From assembly GCA_973851085.1 (NCBI GenBank), contig OZ316775.1, positions 11,222,001 through 11,286,000 of the forward strand: 64,000 nucleotides of DNA, read 5' to 3'. The notes under the pieces were generated by a model. It was given only the letters and a program-made list of their open reading frames with translations. It ran no database searches and was not told the origin of the DNA. A program made the position numbers and the translations under genes. This document shows positions 59,398-64,000 of the stretch, piece by piece (position 1 is the first letter of the stretch; each line of letters starts with the position of its first letter). This stretch comes from Ptychomitrium polyphyllum. Taxonomy: Eukaryota.

Positions 59398-62300
59398 TTA
59401 ACTAACCGAAACGGAATTCAGTGAGCTCTGGTGCCTTAGCCACGCAGCTGCAGATCGAAGCACACGAATCTCACCAGATATCACGTCCATTGCCATACTT
59501 GCACTTGGCTTCCAGGCAGTTTGCTTCATCCCTCGACAGGCATCAGAGATCTGCAATGCCTGCAAGTTCAATCGATGTTAGAAGTTTCTTCCTTGGAATG
59601 TAGCATATGCATGTAGCTTCAAATGTGAAGATAAAAAGGTGAAGGTGTACGAACCGCTAAACTTCGCTGATTTATTAGGCTCTCAAAGCGAGCTAATAAC
59701 AGATTCATAACTTGGGCTTCCTTATTTCGGCTTCTGGCTGGCTGGCGTGCTAGTCGCCCGTCATGTTTCATTGCTTCTGCAGCCATCTCTGATAACTCTG
59801 TAAAAGTCACAGATGATTTAGGACTCAATAAACGTTACTGCAACATCAATAGATATGCAGTGACATACACTGCACTTAGCAAGCTTATGTGGAGCAGCAG
59901 AGGCTGCTTGCATGCAGTTACAATTAAGGGTTCCCAAAACATAGCATGATATTATTATCGCTGTTTAACAATCCTCTACATGTTCAACATAATTAGGCGG
60001 ATCAAGAGAGTACTAAGTACTCCAATAGCCAGTAGTCTGATGTGATTTTCCTTCAAGATTGGTTATTCTTGAATGTTTTTTCAACTGGTCAAAGAGGATA
60101 TGTAGATAAATGCATTGTAGCATATACTCGATTCCTCAACAAAGGTACACACAAACCTTGAGGAGTGGATGCACATAGTACACGTGCAAAAGCACGTAGA
60201 GCATGTGGTATACCCTTCCCTCGCCCTGTAACAGACTTCACCTCCCTGCACATGAGCATTAAGCTTGAGATAAATACCACCAATGTGCAAATTTACCAAG
60301 AAGAAAAACGACAAAATTAAAACTAACAAATAGAGAAGAAATCGAAGATGCCCCTTGAACTAGCAAGATAAATTAATATTGCAGGAAGAGAGCTCTACCT
60401 GATATGAAATCCATTACCACCACTATCAGATCCATCTGCATGAAGTACAGTGGGCATTGCATGTGCATGGAGAAGGGCCAACTTCATCTTACGCAGAGGG
60501 TCACGGTGCGACAATGCCATCCACACTTCGACCTGATAGCTACTTGCGAAATTCAGTACACGTAAATTCAAAGAATTAAGCTTGGCATTGTCCATATATG
60601 CTTTAAAGATGACTGGAAAACCATACCTGATCATGAGGATTGCATGGAAGTGTGAAGCCAAAATCAAGAGCTAAAGTAGTATTAGGCAAGCGACCATAGC
60701 TGATCACCACCTGCACAGGATCCATGTTTTAAAGTTACTACTGTATCTTAGAAAGCCTAACTACCAGTCATTTTGCCCTGATTGTACTCTTGCGGAAGTC
60801 TTCTGAAAATAGATGGTAAATATCACCTACAGCACACATCTCGGGCTAAAATGCTCAAACATCGCTCATTTTGCATCAGCATCTGATAAACGAAAATTTA
60901 AAATATGCAGGATCCTAATTTTCAGCAGCTCAGTGCGGGCTAAATCACATCATGAACTGTATAAACACCAAATACGTGCTGTTTTGACTAGAACACAAAA
61001 ATAAAGGGCAAAAATAACGGCCATTTCTAAATCTGGGAGGTGTCAATACCTGTTCCCCTGATGTGTAGTCTTTATCTGCAATGACCTGTGCAAGCCAACA
61101 TGTGGTCATTGGAAGCTGAAGAATTTATCCAATGATAACAATTTCAGTCCATGTCTCTAAGGCATCGTCTAATAAAGAAACTAGTTGATGTTATTACCTC
61201 AGCACGAGCTTTCTCTTCATCGTAAGAAAGCAGGGCACGACAGTTGGAGTCATGGTTGAAGAAGTCAACGAAAGGTACCTGTTCCAAGGAAAATTCACCG
61301 AGATGTATTCATAAAAAAAGCTGTCAAAATCAACGACATTCATGTAGAGGTAGATTCTCTAGTGGTCTTATTATCAACTACACAGAGGCTTCGTTAGACG
61401 ACACCTCTCGGTTGTGTATCACTATTTCCTTGGTATTTCGACTCTCACCAATGCGAGAGTTTGCAAGGCCTCAATTCCCCAAGCTCGCGAGCACACTGCA
61501 CCAACCGCAACGCCACCTCCTCATGCGTCAGGCTACCCTAACTCCCACTGCGCCCAGCCCAGTGTAGTCCCATACAGACTTCCACTGTATTAAAACTATA
61601 TAACATGCTACATAAACAACGAACTAACAATGTCTGTAAACTGTTACTGCTACAGACTCACTACCAACTCGATTAAAAAGTAATATAAGTCTGAAGTTGC
61701 AAAAACCCACAACAGTATTAAAGCCTCGATAATGCTCACGCTTCAGACAAACTCAATTTACAATCTTCTCGCCTATTTGGTCATAGCGGTGAACTGAAGC
61801 ATTCTACAGTAGCAACATATTCAACAATCGAAATTTAAATAAGCAAAATGAATCTTGATAATGTATACCTGTAGCATATGCTTGCTTGAATTTTGAATGC
61901 AAGACACGCTCTCCGAAAATATGAGGGCACTTCTGTAACACCTGCAATAACGAACACAATTATATTAGTTAAAGACCAAAGGAATAATATAACCATGTGT
62001 ATAATTAACGAATCCATGAAAGAAAAGCTGTCATGCAGATTACTTAGACTTGACATCATTTACAGCAGACTCGACAATACAGCCCTTAAGTGATCTCTGA
62101 TGTAAGGTATAGGATACTTACAGGGAGTACGGATGCAAATTCTGAGCCTATTACAGCTTTCCGCTGCATTGTCTCACGATGCAACGAGGTAAAGCGCAAC
62201 ATATCCAGTTCCTCCTTTTTCCAAAAGACCTGCATACGTGATTACAGCATCGCACAAGCCTTGAGAAATCAGAAGAAACTCGGTTCAGAAAGAATACGAA

Positions 62301-63994
62301 ATCTCTTTCCTGATGATTAGCTACATTCAGAAAGCTTCTGGCTACTGAACCTTTAGGGCAAAAAAGTGGCGAAAGGACGAACCGTGCTGTGAAGGTCACC
62401 GTAAGGAGGTAAACAACGTATGTAAGGTGCCCATTTTGAAGCCTGCATTCCAAAGAAGTACTAGCTTAATCACCGAATTCACACCGTTTACCGAATTGGA
62501 GAAGTCGATCAGATTTTCAGTTAGAGATTCGTTAAAACCTCTCCAACCAATATGGCTTTGACGTTAAGTCAATCAAAATCTCCAATTGAAAACGAGCTTG
62601 GATATGATAAGGCAATATCCAGGCTCTTTTTACCTGCAAAGCAATACCCTGCTTCTTAGCGTCTGTAAATTTCTACAACACAAAAGTGCTGTAAGGAAAT
62701 GTACCTGGCCACGATGCTGCTCGGCAAGAATAAAAAGAGCAAGACGTGCCCACTCAGTCACCTCTGCGGGTAGGAGTTCTGTAACCTCGGACGGCAACTT
62801 ATCTGGGGTTATCATCTGGATTTATATCAAAACCGAATTTCAAGTAAGGGCAAAATGAAGAGAATCTATGACAAAGGAGCTCCCAGGACATTTTAACAAT
62901 ACCAGTTGGAAGTTCACAACAAATGTCCAAGACTGTCGAGCAAAAATGAAACCAATTGGCTGCAAAGGGTGAAAAGCAAAATGGAGCATACGAGATCACG
63001 CGAGACACGCAATACTCGTTCCCCTACTTGAATTGGCCGCGCTGCAAAGAGTGTCCTGTACTCCCGGTTCACAAAAGTTCGTCAGTGCTAATCAAACCTT
63101 AAAATAAGAGCATGGCCGCACATAGGACATGTACGACACTCACAGTAGAGAATACCAATTGCAGTCAAAAAAGGCACACAGCGGCAACCCTCATCTGAAA
63201 CTCCGCATCTAAACACAGCCTCAAGCAAGCCAGAGGAACTTAACCAAGAGCACCTATAGAATCAAGTCTGGATGTCGTAATTCTAAGAGACAACCTGCCA
63301 TGATCGGACTTGCCCACCGTAAGAGCATGGCACGAGTCCTCTTCGCCCCGCGAGTACAACCAGCTCACGAATTCCGAGTGCTCCTTCACTGGTGCTCCAT
63401 GCACCTGCAATAATGTGGGAAACTTCCGCGCTCAATGAGAGCATCAAGCGCCACAGAAAGAATACAGATCCGATTCCAATTGGAAGAAGTTCCAAGTATG
63501 TCCAAGGTGCAAAGCAACCCCAAAAGCGAAATCTCCGCACACAAACCGCTTCATTTCTCTATGAAAACTCCATAAGCTATCACTCAGACAAACACGCAGA
63601 CAACACGATTGTGGCAGTAACGATCACAATGTCCAGCTCCTTTTCATTCGCTTCCAAAAAGAAGTTACCAGACTTGCCCATTCACAACCTCAAGAAAACA
63701 ACTCGCCAGCCTCGATGCGTTCCAATCATTTCACCATCAGGTAGCCTAAGTACGCCATAGAACGCACAGCGCCCCCTGTCCGGCCCGCAGTCACGTTCAA
63801 GCACCACGAAGAAGCGCAATTCTCCCAATCACACACACGAACGGCAACATCGGAGCCAGATCCCAAGAGCGAAACACAAGATTGAACACACACACACCCA
63901 CCTGGGCAATGGGATGCGCAATAGACGTCCGAATACTCGAACACACAGCACTCGGCTGCGGAATGCACCGCACGCGGCTCCACGTCCCCCACAT
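59398..63994 (-). CDS. SET-domain protein-lysine methyltransferase of the Rubisco LSMT/SETD3-like family, ~15 exons
   Basis: Exons join in frame: FVSWLYSRG..GKSDHGRTLFAARPIQVGERVLRV, WARLALFILAEQHRGQASKWAPYIRCLP, VFWKKEELDML, VCSRAWG, LALVPFVDFFNHD, DKDYTSGEQVVISYGRLPNTTLALDFGF, GIPHALRAFARV; TAA ends at 59398. ATG at 63994 may not be the true start (window edge). Confidence 0.9.
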
Positions 63995-64000
63995 CCCTCC

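Overview
Eukaryotic nuclear DNA from a land plant. Intron style, gene content and AT-rich decayed transposon relics suggest a moss or other bryophyte (inference). Eleven protein-coding genes can be assembled by hand: OXA1 (-), yippee-like (+), a clade-3-type catalase (-), an intronless C3HC4 RING protein (-), YEATS/YAF9 (+), an ABHD18-like hydrolase (+), an ABCC/MRP transporter (-), a LEA protein (+), an intronless F-box protein (-), a glyoxal/galactose oxidase-like gene (-) and a SET/Rubisco-LSMT-family methyltransferase (-). There is also a cluster of three U36/snR47-like C/D snoRNA copies and four AT-rich probable TE relics. The most striking unexplained signal is a helically phased (about 11 bp), strand-oriented array of GATAC(C)-like motifs directly upstream of three unrelated genes (OXA1, ABHD18-like, ABCC), with weaker traces upstream of RING and YEATS. 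Other notable points: a non-angiosperm-type catalase, a rewired snoRNA paralogue, a duplicated frameshifting splice acceptor, and a complex spliced leader/uORF on the yippee gene. All exon boundaries are manual predictions; no database searches were run.
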